From NCBI GenBank assembly GCA_977017645.1, contig OZ360231.1, forward strand, positions 54,932,001 to 54,996,000: a stretch of DNA of 64,000 bases, given 5' to 3'. Shown here in pieces: positions 13,013 to 25,852 of this stretch (positions within the stretch are counted from its first letter, which is position 1; every line of letters starts with the position of its first letter). This stretch comes from Torpedo marmorata (Eukaryota). A model generated the notes under the pieces. The model was not told the origin of the DNA. It did no database searches and worked only from the letters and a program-made list of their open reading frames with translations. The translations under genes were made by a program, and so were the position numbers.

Positions 13013-13995
13013 CCCCACCGTCCACACCTCCCCACCGTCCACCTCTCCCCATACAATCCCCACCCCGTCCACCTCTCCCCATACAATCCCCACCCCGTCC
13101 ACCTCTCCCCATACAATCTCCACCCCGTCCACCTCTCCCCATACAATCGCCACCCCGTCCACCTCTCCCCATACAATCCCCACCCCGTCCACCTCTCCCC
13201 ATACAGTCCCCACCCCGTCCACCTCTCCCCATACAATCCCCACCCCGTCCACCTCTCCCATACAATCTCCACCCCGTCCACCTCTCCCCATACAATCCCC
13301 ACCCCGTCCACCTCTCCCCATACAGTCCCCACCCCGTCCACCTCTCCCCATACAATCTCCACCCCGTCCACCTCTCCCCATACAATCTCCACCCCGTCCA
13401 CCTCTCCCCATACAATCGCCACCCCGTCCACCTCTCCCCATACAATCCCCACCCCGTCCACCTCTCCCCATACAATCGCCACCCCGTCCACCTCTCCCCA
13501 TACAATCCCCACCCCGTCCACCTCTCCCCATACAATCCCCACCCCGTCCACCTCTCTCCATACAATCCCCACCCCGTCCACCTCTCCCCATACAATCTCC
13601 ACCCCGTCCACCTCTCTCCATACAATCCCCACCCCGTCCACCTCTCCCCATACAATCCCCACCCCGTCCACCTCTCTCCATACAATCCCCACCCCGTCCA
13701 CCTCTCTCCATACAATCCCCACCCCGTCCACCTCTCCCCATACAATCGCCACCCCGTCCACCTCTCCCCATACAATCTCCACCCTGTCCACCTCTCCCCA
13801 TACAATCGCCACCCCGTCCACCTCTCCCCATACAATCGCCACCCCGTCCACCTCTCCCCATACAATCCCCACTCCGTCCACCTCTCTCCATACAATCGCC
13901 ACCCCGTCCACCTCTCCCCATACAATCCCCACCCCGTCCACCTCTCCCCATACAATCGCCACCCCGTCCACCTCTCCCCATACAATCGCCACCCC
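13013..13995. repeat. 30-bp minisatellite, ~32 copies
   Basis: Unit CACCCCGTCCACCTCTCCCCATACAATCCC with CCC/CTC/CGC variants and one 1-nt deletion near 13260. Confidence 0.97.
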
Positions 13996-14119
13996 TGTTC
14001 TCCCGCTGGTTCCCACCGTTTCGCCACCACCCCCACCCACCTCCTTAAATTCTCCAGCCCCAATACAAGGTAATCAAGAGTCGTTCACTAGTGAGAAACA
14101 CGTTGGTAGAGAGAGACGA

Positions 14120-14800
14120 TAAGGCGCTAACGAAATGCAGGTCTCTCCAGTGGTTGGACTGCGCCCTGAAGCCGGCGACAAGGTGGGGACGGGCGGTCGG
14201 GGCGACTGGCCGGGCGAGGGGTCCCGAACGCGCTGCTCACCTGCTCGGCACGGCCGCCGAGGAGTAGGCGCTGCCTCTGCTCCCCGTCAGCCACTCCATC
14301 CGAGTGGCCTGACACCACGGTCATTTGTATGGCGCCGGTCTCTGCCATACTCCGTGATCTGACTCCTTCGAAGAACACGAAAGACGAAGCAAGTCGTGGT
14401 TTCGCTTGTCCCAAGTCGGATCCTAATCCCGGAAGTGGCGGCTTCAAGTGAAGTCTGGAGAAAGTTTCTGCGAGTTGCCGGAGGTGCGGGAAAGCTGAAG
14501 TCTAATTTTTGGACAGAACACGTTGGACATGGACGAGGACCCGTGTGGGTGTGTGGAACCTCTCTCCTTCCCCGGGTGCTTCCCACCAATGAAGCAATGT
14601 GCTGGTCACACCTCTTTAATCGCGCACAGAAACTGGTGGGTGTGAGAAAATGGTGAGAGCGGGGCTGGCGTAAGTACTGAAGTCGTACCTTGGAATTCAA
14701 AACTGAAAGTCTTTCCGTGCTCGTTCACCAGACACTGTCTTGTCGGGAGCATCGGGGACAACGGTGCTGAGGCTCAGGGGCGGTGTTAGCATCATACATA
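14120..14800. promoter_or_regulatory. CpG-island promoter of the C3orf52-like gene
   Basis: CpG-dense, non-repetitive, spans exon 1. ETS motif CCGGAAGT at 14429-14436. Confidence 0.65.
14241..14348 (-). CDS. C3orf52: C3orf52/TTMP-like protein, coding exon 1
   Basis: ATG at 14348 within a CpG island. MAETGAIQMTVVSGHSDGVADGEQRQRLLLGGRAEQ, then a CAG|GTGAGC donor. Phase 0 fits exon 2. Confidence 0.72.
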
Positions 14801-16194
14801 CATCATGGGGGTGCGTTTAATTATTAGCCTGGCTTCCATATATCTTTGTAAGAAGGGTGGAATTTGACATTTGTTTTGAGTTTATTATTTAATTTGGCTC
14901 CTTGCTTCCAACTAAACTCAGCCGCAGAAGGGATCGGCTGGCCACGAATACATTGATATTAGAGGACAAATATGCAGTTGCAGAAAAACTTGTGTGACAT
15001 TTTCCTTAATTGGTTAAAAACTCCATGCTAGGTTTAAGAAAAAAAAAGCAAGAGACCGCGGTCAACTTTGAAATAAAGAAACAAAAAGGCTGCAGATTCA
15101 GGAATCTTGAGCAAACTTTGAAATAGTTCGTCCACCTATCCAGTTCCCAAGAGTGGGATTTAATAACCCTTGCTGTTGAGTTATACCACGGCTAATGTTC
15201 CACCTTGCTCCCTCCATTGGGTCGTGTTTAATGTCAACAAAATCAATTAGGAAGCCTCAATTATTTTTTGCTTTCCAGCCCACGAATATACTAAATTCTT
15301 CAACGTTTAGCTCACGTCCAGGCACGAACAAGGCAGAACTTACTGTATTGTACTTAAATCCATAACGTCGTAAACCTCCCACGGTGTTGCAATAACACGG
15401 GTGTGGTGCCGAGGCATTTGGAGAGGAAGGCTAAGGCAAAGAAGTAGATTTTAATGGTCGCTAAAAAGAGGAGTTAGAAATAGAGAATCGGAATGTGAGG
15501 GAGAAATCCTACAGCCTAAGTCCTGGACAATTGAAGGCATGGTTACCAACGGCAGAGCCAGAATGGGAGAAGCGCCTATATCAGAAGGCTGCAGAGGGTG
15601 GCGAACCCAGCCAAGTGCATCGCGGGCACTGACCTCCCGTCCATTGAAAACATCTCTGGGAGATGCGGCCTCAAGAAGGCAGCCAACATCATAAAGGACT
15701 CCCATTTCCTTGGGCACAACCTCTTCTCGCTGCTACCTTCAGGCAAAGGTACAGAAGCTTGAAGTCCAGCACAGGTTCGAGAACAGGATTTCCCCCCAAC
15801 ACCTATCAGGATCATGAACCCCTACACTACCCTAACTATAAACCACTCTGCGACCATCAAGGGGTCTATGGTGACTTCGATCAAACAATAGTCACCTGGA
15901 GGCTAAGTGAGATACTTGTCTTTGACGCGTTTTAATTAATTTACTAACGAAGTCCAATATGTTCAAAAACCTTTATTTACACACGTGACTTGCAGTAATC
16001 TTCAATGACTTTAATATAAACAGTTCTTGAAAACGATGTATGATGAGTTTCTTTAAATGATTCCTTTAACAATTCCAAAACGATGTATAAGACGTTATAA
16101 AACGATATAAAACGCTGTAAAACGGTCAATAAAGATATGGAGATCTCACTCACCCTCCTAAATCTCCATCTTCCTCCTATTCTATTTCTCTCCA

Positions 16195-16420
16195 ATTCGC
16201 GCATGCTCCCGTCGCTCCTATACCACTGCGCACCCTCCACCGCGCATACTACATTTCCCAGACTACACCGCGCACAATGACGTCACTCCAGACTGCGCAT
16301 GTGCCCGTCGGCACTCCAGCGCATGCGCAGAGCACAGAACGGGCCGAGGACGGCCTACAGACAACAACGCGAGCGCTCCACAACCCGACAAGACATCGGA
16401 GCGCTGCAACAACGGTAAGT
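16195..16420 (+). promoter_or_regulatory. housekeeping-type CpG promoter with probable non-coding first exon
   Basis: ZNF143-associated ACTACATTTCCCAGA (16248-16262), CRE TGACGTCA (16278-16285), NRF1-like GCGCATGCGC (16319-16328) and variants, consensus donor CG|GTAAGT (16415-16420). Confidence 0.65.
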
Positions 16421-19400
16421 TAATGAGCCTACGGCTCTTACAGGGTCTGTTTGCACTTTTGAAACAAAACCTTTTCACTAACTCCAAATGTGAATATTTA
16501 TATATCATTCATTCAGGTGCCTTACCATTCGGCGTGGGCGAGCATGTCTCTCCATCCGTCACGATCTCTGACCCTCCGAATTGTAGTTGTTACCTCCCCT
16601 GTTCTCCTTCGGTGAAGGTTCCATCTTTGAGCTGAGACCGTAGTCGATGTTGAGTTCATGATTATACAAGAGAAAAATACTGAAGTGGTTTCCCGTTGCC
16701 TTCTTCAGTTGCAGTGTCCATACTGGACGGGTAACCCTGGCCATTGATCAGCAGATTCATCTGCCCAGCGTTTTTAGTTTCACAACCATAAATTCCAATT
16801 TGTAGAATCTGCTTGTAAAAACCATCCACCATCTGCAATCCATGGCTTCACATGACCCTGATTGAGAGGCTAAACAGGTACTACACCTTGCCCAAGGGTG
16901 ACCTGTAGGCTATTGGACAGAAGGAGCGCCTTACACCTCCTTTTGCTGAGCAATTGCACAGCACCGACACCGTTATTTATATATAGTTTTATATTTATTA
17001 TTTTGGTACATTGAAGTCATTTAACTTATACCATTTTCATTGGTATATCTTGTACACCTTTGTCGTTGCAACAAGTAAGGATTTGGTGCATTGGTACACT
17101 GACAATAAACTGTCAGAAACTCAAAATTCATCTGAGCTTGTTGCAGACTGAGGGATATCAAAAGGAGATAACCCATGGGAGCATTTGGGCCACAAAGATT
17201 TGAATATTTTAAAATCAAGATGATTTAACAGGAAGCTATCAGAAATCAGCAAAAACAATGGTGATGGATGAATAAGACAATGGATTTTGGATGACTTCAA
17301 GTGTAATCTTCATATCGAAGGGATGAATGAGGATTTCAGCAGCAGATGCTGAAACAGCAGTCAGTTTATGTTACAAAGATGGAAATAAGTGTGGTTAGTG
17401 ATGATGCAGATATGTAGTCAGAGGTCTTCTCTGGGTCAAATATAACTTTAAGATGCACACAATGTGCCTTGCCCACACACTAAGGAGCCCACAGGAGCTT
17501 CATGGAGATACAAGAGATGCAGATGCTGTAATATGGAGCAAAAAGCAAACTGCTCAGAGAACTTGGCAAGTCAGGCAGCATCTGTGAGGAGAGAGGGGCG
17601 GTCAATGTTTTGCATTGAACTCTGCATCAGGGATGAGATTGGGCAGGGGAGAAAGTCTGCATTAAGAGATGAGGGAAAGGGCAAGGCAGGAGCTAGCCGG
17701 TATTAGGTGCAACTATGTGAGGATGGAGATTATGAATAGATAGATCCAGGTTAGGGAGGGGATGGGTGGAGTTGGGACACAGTGGCTGGTGCGTGAAAGC
17801 TAGAGACATAAGGAGAAAGGGAAGCCAGGAGGAAGGTGGGAATACAAAAAGCTGCAGCTGCTAGAATCTGAAAAGCAAGAAAGATGTTAAGTGCATCCAG
17901 GTGAGGAGGAGGAATAAAACTGGCCGGCAGGAGGTGGGAACAGAAGGAGGGAAAAGGGAGTAAAGGGAGGAGTGTCAGTTGTGAAATTGGAGCATTCAGT
18001 ATTTACACCATTGGGTTGCAGTATACCCAGGCTGAATATGAGGTGGTGTTCTTGTTTGTGTTTGTGTTTGGCCTCACCCTGACAATGCGGGAATGGGAAG
18101 AGGAGTTGAAATGGTATGTATCCAGCAGGTCAGGATCAGATGGAGCATAGAATTTTGTTGTTCGGAGTGAGGTAGTGAATAGGAGTGTTTGTTTTAAACC
18201 GTATGAATGAATAGAGAAGATAAATCTTTAACCCAGCACTTCAGGCTGCCCTCAGTAGAGGTGGGTCAGCAATCTCAGCCTGTAATAAACTCATTAAATG
18301 TGTTAACAACTTAGAACTTTAACTCGGGTTTACTCGGCATCAGTGTGAATTCCAGTGCACCCAAAAGGCAAATATAGTGACACTGGAGATGGATTGAATG
18401 TTGAATAAGGAATTTAGCCAGAAATATTCCACCCATTGAAGCAAGGTCATTGATCCATCCTGTCCAATCTGCATTCTTCACCACTGATACTGCTGAATAC
18501 TGACAGTACTTTCTGTTCCCAGTAGTACACACATAACTCCTTGTGTGACTTTGTTGTAAAACATTCTTAACAGTAAGTTACAATTTTGTCCAGAGGTTTT
18601 GTTGGTCCTGGATTTTTGAGGGACATATTTCTGTTCATCCTGCAGTAGACATTTGGACCGGTGGATTATTTAGAAAATGTGCAGCAGATAGGAGAGGTGA
18701 AGCAGAGGTACAGAGCTGATTGTGTTAGAGTCCATGTGGAACATGGTGTAAACACATGATGAGACCGTGATTGTTGATGCAAGTGCAGATAATGGAGAAC
18801 TGAAATAGGTTTTTAATACATGGAATTCTTATTAATAAATTTCTTATGAAATGTCACTGAGCAAAAAACATTCACCATATTTTACTCTCCATATATGCTG
18901 TTTGACCTGCTGAACATTTATGATATATTTTGCTTTGCAAGTAATCACACTCATTTAGTTTCAGATGAGAAGTAACTGGAATACTTACAAGATAGTTTAA
19001 TTTGTTTCTGTGGTATCATGTCAATTCAAATTTAATGACACAACTGATTTTCAGAATTAGAAAGTTGCACAATTTCTCATGCCCAAGTTTCAGAATTACT
19101 GCATGTGTGGCAAAGTTCACTTTGTGATATATCAGTTCCATGCTCCCTGTTTGACTAAACTTAAACAACAATGTAAAACAAACTTGTGACCAGCCTCTCT
19201 GATATTAGTCGGGTGTTAAATATTCTGTGGAAACTTTAGATTCAACTTGTTTCTAATGAGTGAATCATATATATGACAAACTGTTTATCATTTATCCTGA
19301 AGTCATGTTGGATTTCTATCAAATATTTTGAGCGGACAGAAATCAATTTTTCTATTTAGGTGCCTTTATTATTAGAAAAAAAACTTGTTTAATGGCGGTT

Positions 19401-19989
19401 ACTCCTTTTACTCAGTTTAAAAATAAGGAACTGAAAGCTTTCTGTTCAATACAAGTAATTTCTTTATGAATTAGCAAATAAAAATACTTTTCAATGATGG
19501 GCCAGCAGAATAAAATGGTAAACTATGTATCAGTCACCTGTCTGATAATACGTTTGTTGTTTCTGAAATTTTAATTTTATTAATAGGTGAGATCTGGGCT
19601 TTGCTGACGAGGTCTGCTTTTGTATTCCATTTTGTAATTGCTATTGAGAAGGTGTTGACGATCCCTCTTGTGAACCTCTGCGGTGCAGATGATCAAGAAT
19701 TCCAACATTTAACCCAAACACAAGTTGCTGGAGGAACTCAGCAGGTCAAGCAGCATCAGTGGGAGAAAAAGAAAGGTCAAAGTTTTGAGCCAAAACTCTT
19801 CATCAGTCCTGCACACAGGCACAAAATTCTTATTTGCTGCAGCCAAACAGGTACTTTTGTAACTAAAAACCCCAATAGCATATATTAAATTACCCCAGTA
19901 TGGAAAGATACAATGAATATAAAAAGATAGATGTATAACTTTCATTTACAGATAGCATTAGAGAAAAGAAAGTGGCATTTCAATAGTGC

Positions 19990-20985
19990 AGTCAGGTCTT
20001 TTTGTGGTGCCTGTTAGCTTATGATAGGGTAATAAGGAGAGATTCAAGATCCTGGTAGCTAGTGGAAGAAAACTGTTCTTGAACCCAGTGATGCTGGGCT
20101 TTAGGCTTCTGTACCTTCTTCGCGAAGATAGCAGTGAGAAGAAATTGTGACCAGGGTAATGATAGTCCGTTATAATGTTGGCTGCCCTCTTGAGGCGGTG
20201 CCTCACATTGATGCACTCAGTGGATGGGAGGTCAGAGCCCGTGTTGGGCTTGGCTATATTTGCTACTTTCCGCATCTTCTGTGCTCCTGTGCACTCGAAT
20301 TAGTAAACCAGGCCGTGATGCAACCGGTTAGTATACTTTCCACAGTACATCTATAGAAATGCAATAGAGTATTCAACAACATGCCAAGTCTCCTCAGACT
20401 TCTTAGAAAGTAGAAGAGTTGGTGTGCCTTCTTCATGGTTGCCTCAACGTTCTGACTTCAGGAGAAGTCCTCCAATATGTGCAACTTGAAGGTACTATCC
20501 TTCTTTGCTGTTTCCCCATCAATGCAGACAGATGTGTGGTTCCTTGGTCTTCTCTTCATAAAATCAACAATAAGTTCCTTCCTTTGGTGATGAGAGCAAG
20601 AATGTTGTTCTGGCACAACCCAACCAGATTCTCTATCTCCATCCTGTATCATTATTGGGCCAACAACAGTGGTGTCACCAGCGAGTTTATAGATTGCAGA
20701 GGAGTCAAACTTGGCTCTTCAGTCATGAATGTAGAGGGAATAGAGCAGAGGACTAAGCATGGAGCCTTGAGATGCCCCTGTGTTGACGGTCAGCGAGGAG
20801 GTGATGTTGTCCATCTGCACTGATTGGGGTCTGACAATAAGGAAGTCAAGAATCCAGTTGCAGAGGGGTGAATAGAGTCACAGCTCACTTAGTTTGATCA
20901 TAGGTTTTGATCATAGGTATGATGATGTTGGACACCGAGCTGCAGTCAATGAACAACAGCCTGATGTAGATGTTTTTGTGGATGC
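19990..20985 (-). mobile_element. degraded Rex1/Babar-like LINE fragment
   Basis: KELIVDFMKR and AANIITDYHYPGHNFFSLLSSRRRYRSLK remnants. Similar relics at ~15580-15830 (+), ~45717-46220 (-) and ~47860-48130 (-). Confidence 0.7.
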
Positions 20986-21297
20986 ATCCCTTTGCCTCCA
21001 CAGATAATGCTTGACTTACTGAATACTTCCAGCAAATTGTATCTTTTTGTTCCAGATTCCAGTCACTTGTGTCTTCATCCACACACTTGCAGACCCAACT
21101 ACCAAGCCGAGAACTGTTTTATGTTGGGCTCCAAGGCTTCATTTTAAATCAAGCTGCCGTAATGAGATTTGAATATGTTTGTCAGGCCTCTAGGTTGTGA
21201 GTGCGGAAATCTAACCATAATATTACCATTCTCGGATGTGGAATTTGTAACTGTGCGAAAGTGTGATGGAGCATATGAATGTTAGATATGTGGCTTA

Positions 21298-21556
21298 AAT
21301 TAAAATTTTAAATTTAGACATACAGCACGGTAACAGGCCATTTCGGCCCACGAGTCCGTGCCGCCCAATTTACACCCAATTAACTTACATCCCCGGTACG
21401 TTTTGAACAGTGGGAGGAAACCGGAGCCCCCGGGGAAAACCTATGCAGATACTGGAAGAATGTACAAACTCCTTACAGACAGCGCAGGATTCGAACTCCC
21501 GTCCCGATCGCTGGCACTGTAAAGGCGTTGCGCTAACCGCTATGCCAACCGTGCCA
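21298..21556 (-). mobile_element. tRNA-derived V-SINE
   Basis: A box TGGCATAGCGG, B box GTTCGAATCC and V-domain GTAAGGAGTTTGTAC...CTCCGGTTTCCTCCCAC on the minus strand; AT-rich tail. Confidence 0.85.
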
Positions 21557-24500
21557 CTTGGTGGTTTGTGTGTGAATGACAGGAATGGGATAATAGCATG
21601 TACTGTATAAACACAACATCAACATTTAGACATTGGCCTTTTACCCCTTTTGAAGTCATGGACATATTCGCAGCATTGCATCTAAGTCTTTGGGGTGTGT
21701 ATTCTCCAGAAATATCCGAACCCACTGCATTCTAAGAATGAGTCAAAAGGGCCTGCTGTGTCCTGGTGCTAAACAAAATATCTCTCTCACTTTGCATCCG
21801 CTCCAGCAAGATGACCCTGATGCCTGAAAATCGAGGAGTATATTTCTCCAATATTGTAATGAAGTCAACACATCTCCTTGCATTGTGTGTACAGATTCAT
21901 TGCTATTTGCAAATCTGTTTCTTTCAGCCCCCCACTCCCAACCCAACCATGGTTCTGTTCCAGAACGCATGCTTAGTGTTATGGGAGTCAAGCAGTCGAG
22001 TTGTGTGGGTAATATGTATTTGCTATTAAATGCCATCTATAATTCACCTCCATATTTTTTATGACTGGAAATCTTCCTGAATTCTATACATTTCCTTTTA
22101 ATATCTCACAGTCTTGCATAATAGTACATCTTAAAATATTGTGGCTGCTGAATGATAAAATGCATTAATAGCTGTAAAGAGAATGATCCTTAAAATAACT
22201 TACAATTTTTAAGAATTTTGTTCTCACTGAAAAGAATGCCACAGCTCAAAATAATTTAATATATAAAATCACCTTCAATTTATTGTTCTAAGCATTAAAT
22301 TTGTTCAGATACTCTACAGTAATCATATTGTACTTTATTATTTTCCATTTTAAAGGGATACCATCTTCATGGTCCAACAAATCTATAATTATATAACTGC
22401 ATATAAAAATATAACAAAACACATTATTACAGTAATTTGACAAATTGTTTAACACTGCAGACATTTTTGATTTTATTTCTTCAATCTATCTGAATCTAAA
22501 CCAAGAAAATATTCATTGCGTAGAAATTTAGTCGTGCAAGGGAAATCACCTTCCTGATTCTGACACTGTATCATCGATGCTGAAAAAGCAATTTGCCTCA
22601 AAAAAAAATCATGCAGATAATATTCAATTTTTTCATGTTATAAACTACAGAGTATGAAAAGTTTCTCCAGTGTGTAGAATTTTGCCAAATGTAATTGCAT
22701 AGGAATACCTACACATATAAAATGAAAACAAATGTATTTTTTGGAAGGGCTGTTTACAAATTATACAAAGTTCCAGTGATAATGATTGAAGAACCAAACA
22801 AACTATGGGAAAAATGCATAATTGAAATGTGATAGATCAGATCTTAATTTAGCTTGCACTGAATTTGTTCTGAAGGGACCCCGTGGTCACCAGTTGAATC
22901 CAGACGTTATTAATAGAGTGCTTCTCAGATTTTAACCGCAACCGCTTGATTTAATGGCTTTCACTTGAGCCATTAGGCATGGTGTCAGGATAGGGCATGG
23001 GACTTGGACATTGCTGGGGTAAGGGAAAAGTTTGTCAAGTTGATGGATTTGTAGTGCCAGAAGCACCAACTGGTCCTCCTTGGCCTTCACAGATTCTTGG
23101 CCACTTTCTGATGTGATTCAATTCTTGGATTTGTCTCTGTGCAGACATTCTGAATGAATGTCTCAAAATAAAGTGTACGACCAGAAATGTATCAAGTTGA
23201 GGCTTTGGATTTAAAGCTGGCCTCTTTCTACTTGTATCAGAGCTCTCAGCTAACCAGTGTGATGATGGTGGTTAAGAATGTGCTGAACTCGTCATCATAT
23301 TCAGAATTAAATGTAAAAGTATCATTAGACTTCTGTGTGTACATTCACTACCTAACGACAAAGTACTTTATGCCAATTTGTGGTTACTTTTTATTGCTAT
23401 TAAAGTAAACTATAGAAAATCCTCAATTTAAAGATATTTAAAATGAATCTATAGATGGGGCGGTGATATATTTGTTAGCAGCAGTTCCCTCTTCATTGGA
23501 TTTTACACTATAATTTTCAGGATGTAATCTCTCCTTAGCTGAAAGTTTGCCATAGAGTTACAGAGTCATACAACATGGAAACAGGCCTGTCAGCCCACTG
23601 TCCATGCCCATCATCAAAGAGGCATCAACACTAATCTAATTTCTGATATTTGGCCCATAGCTTTCTATGCCTTGGAGTTTCAAGTACCAGTCCAGATACT
23701 TAAATGTGGTCAGAGTCTCTGCCTCCAACTACACTGAAGGTGAAAACCTAACCCTCATCCTACCTCACTCGAAACCAGTGCCCTTTGGTTTCAGATACTT
23801 ATGCCACAGGAAAATCTTTCTCAGAATCCACCCAATCTCAGTCCATCCTAATTTTGTATATTTAAATCAGATTCTCAACCTTCTCTGCTTCAAGAAAAAC
23901 AAACCCAGTCCATGCAGTCTCTCTTCATGACTGAAATACTCCAGCCCGTACTTAACCAATGCTTTATAAAGTTGTTCTATAATCTCCTTGCTCTTATATG
24001 CAGTACCACAGCTAATGATGTTAAGTATCCTGTATGCTTTCTTAACCACTTTGTCTGGTTGTACCGCCATCTTTAGGGTTCTTTGGACTTGTACACCAAG
24101 GTTCCCTGTGTCTTCATACAACCTATCGCTCTACTATTCATTATGTAAGTCCTCGCCTTATCAGTTGTCCCAAAATGCATCTTAATTCTAAAGTTGGTTG
24201 TCGGGCTAACTATACACCAGAACAAAGCCTCATGACGTGTTAACCCAGTGAATGTCTAGATAAAACAAAATGGTGGTCACTTAGACCTCGAGGACACTGC
24301 ATACACCCAGTTGCAATTGATTTGAATAAATCTAATGGTGCCACTGTACATTTTACACCTGAGAAAGAAATTTGAAGTTCATCAACGGCTACTGCCTGTG
24401 TGAAACCCAAACTAAATCTATTACTGTTAGTGTAATTTAAAGTGTAAATGATCCTTAAGAATATACCCTACAAAAAGCTTTCTGAATCATACTGTTGAAG

Positions 24501-24795
24501 TAGTCAGTGACTTACATCAATAGACTGTAATGAAGTTCAGCTGGAAAATACAAATCTACAATGCATAACAATCATTTCCTCTATAACAAATCTGGTTTAT
24601 TCTTTAACCTCATATCTATTGGACTACCACACAGAAACAATGATCATGCTTAATTTCATTCAATCATAAAATCTATAATTGTTGTGTGACTAAATCCTAT
24701 CTATTTGTTTGCAGTATTCTACTGATGTGCTCTGAGCATTCTATGTAAAATTGAAAATTTCTTGAATTAAATTGTTTCTTTCACAGTAACAACTT

Positions 24796-24969
24796 TCAAG
24801 AATTTCCACCAATTCCAACATTCCTGTGCATCCATTCTCGGAACTTTGTGATTCGTGTGTAAACTCCAGGGTGTCCATACCGGCCACATCCTTGACCCCA
24901 GCTCACAATTCCTGCCAGAAACCATTTTCCAGATGGTTCTTTACAGACCAATGGCCCCCCAGAATCACC
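24796..24969 (-). CDS. matriptase-subfamily type II transmembrane serine protease, terminal exon (catalytic Ser)
   Basis: ttctcggcag acceptor. Translates [57 protein letters not shown]. Phase 0 joins ...VDACE from 45023. Not in the ORF track. Confidence 0.95.
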   Translation of the reverse strand, partial: GDSGGPLVCKEPSGKWFLAGIVSWGQGCGRYGHPGVYTRITKFREWMHRNVGIGGNS

Positions 24970-25590
24970 CTGCCGAGAACAAGGAAAATCTTAGAAATAT
25001 CCAACTCTGTCAAAGGATTCAATACTCAGTTTTTTTTTAAACCTCTGCTGTTCTTTGCATTGTGTTTCCCGGGAGTTCAACAATAGATCTGCAAGAAATG
25101 AGAAAACTGCAGCGTGGGTTTATGATGAACAAACTGTTTCTTTTCTCTTGAAGATTGAGGAGTGGCCTAACTGAAGTCTTTAAAATTGAATAAAGGTTTT
25201 GGTGGAGTGGCTACAAATATTGCCATCGTGTGTGCATTTGTGGTCACCACACTGAGGAAAGATGTCATAGTGCTGGAATGGGTGCAGAGGAGATTCATCA
25301 GAATACTGCCTGGGATGTTGCATTTCAGTTATGAGGAGAGATTGGATAGGCCTGGTTTATTTTCCCTGAATGGAAAATGGTTAAGAGTGGGCATGATTGA
25401 GGTATATAAAATTATGAGGCATATAGATGGGGTAGACTGAAGAAAATCTATCTCTTAATCACAGGTTAATAAAACTAGAGGACATGGTTTTAGGGGAAGT
25501 GGTAACAGATTTAGGGGAAATTTTAAAGGGATTTTTTTCAGAAAGTGGTAAGACCCTGAAATGCATTGTTGGAGAGAGTCACTAACTAAA

Positions 25591-25852
25591 GGCGGCACAG
25601 TTAGCATAGCATTAGCGCAACGCTGTTACAGCGCCAGCGATTGGGACGGGGGTTCGAATCCCGTGCTGTCTGTAAGGAGTTTGTACATTCTCCCCATGTC
25701 TGCATGGGTTTTCTCTGGGAGCTCCGGTTTCCTCCCACTGTTCAAAACATAAGGGGGTTGTAGGTCAATTAGGTGTAATTGAGTGGCATGGGCTCGTGGG
25801 CCGAAAGGGACTGTTACCGTGCTGTATGTCTAAATTAAAAAATTTAAATTTA
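25591..25852 (+). mobile_element. tRNA-derived V-SINE inside a CR1 relic
   Basis: GGCGGCACAGTTAGCATAGC...GGTTCGAATCCC...V-domain; flanked by CR1 3' remnants (~25130-25980). Confidence 0.85.

Noticed and set aside
13013-13995. CRISPR-like 30-bp periodicity
   Set aside because: Head-to-tail units with no unique spacers, no cas genes, and a eukaryotic context.
12888-14073. 350-390 aa Pro-rich or Gly-rich ORFs in five frames
   Set aside because: By-product of a 30-bp tandem repeat lacking stop codons in most frames; intronic.
18755-18805. C/D-box snoRNA candidate (ATGATGA...CTGA)
   Set aside because: Only ~50 nt, no terminal stem and no recognisable guide sequence.
21540-22036. Short ORFs as possible exons of the orphan plus-strand transcript
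   Set aside because: No recognisable motifs or consistent splice phases.
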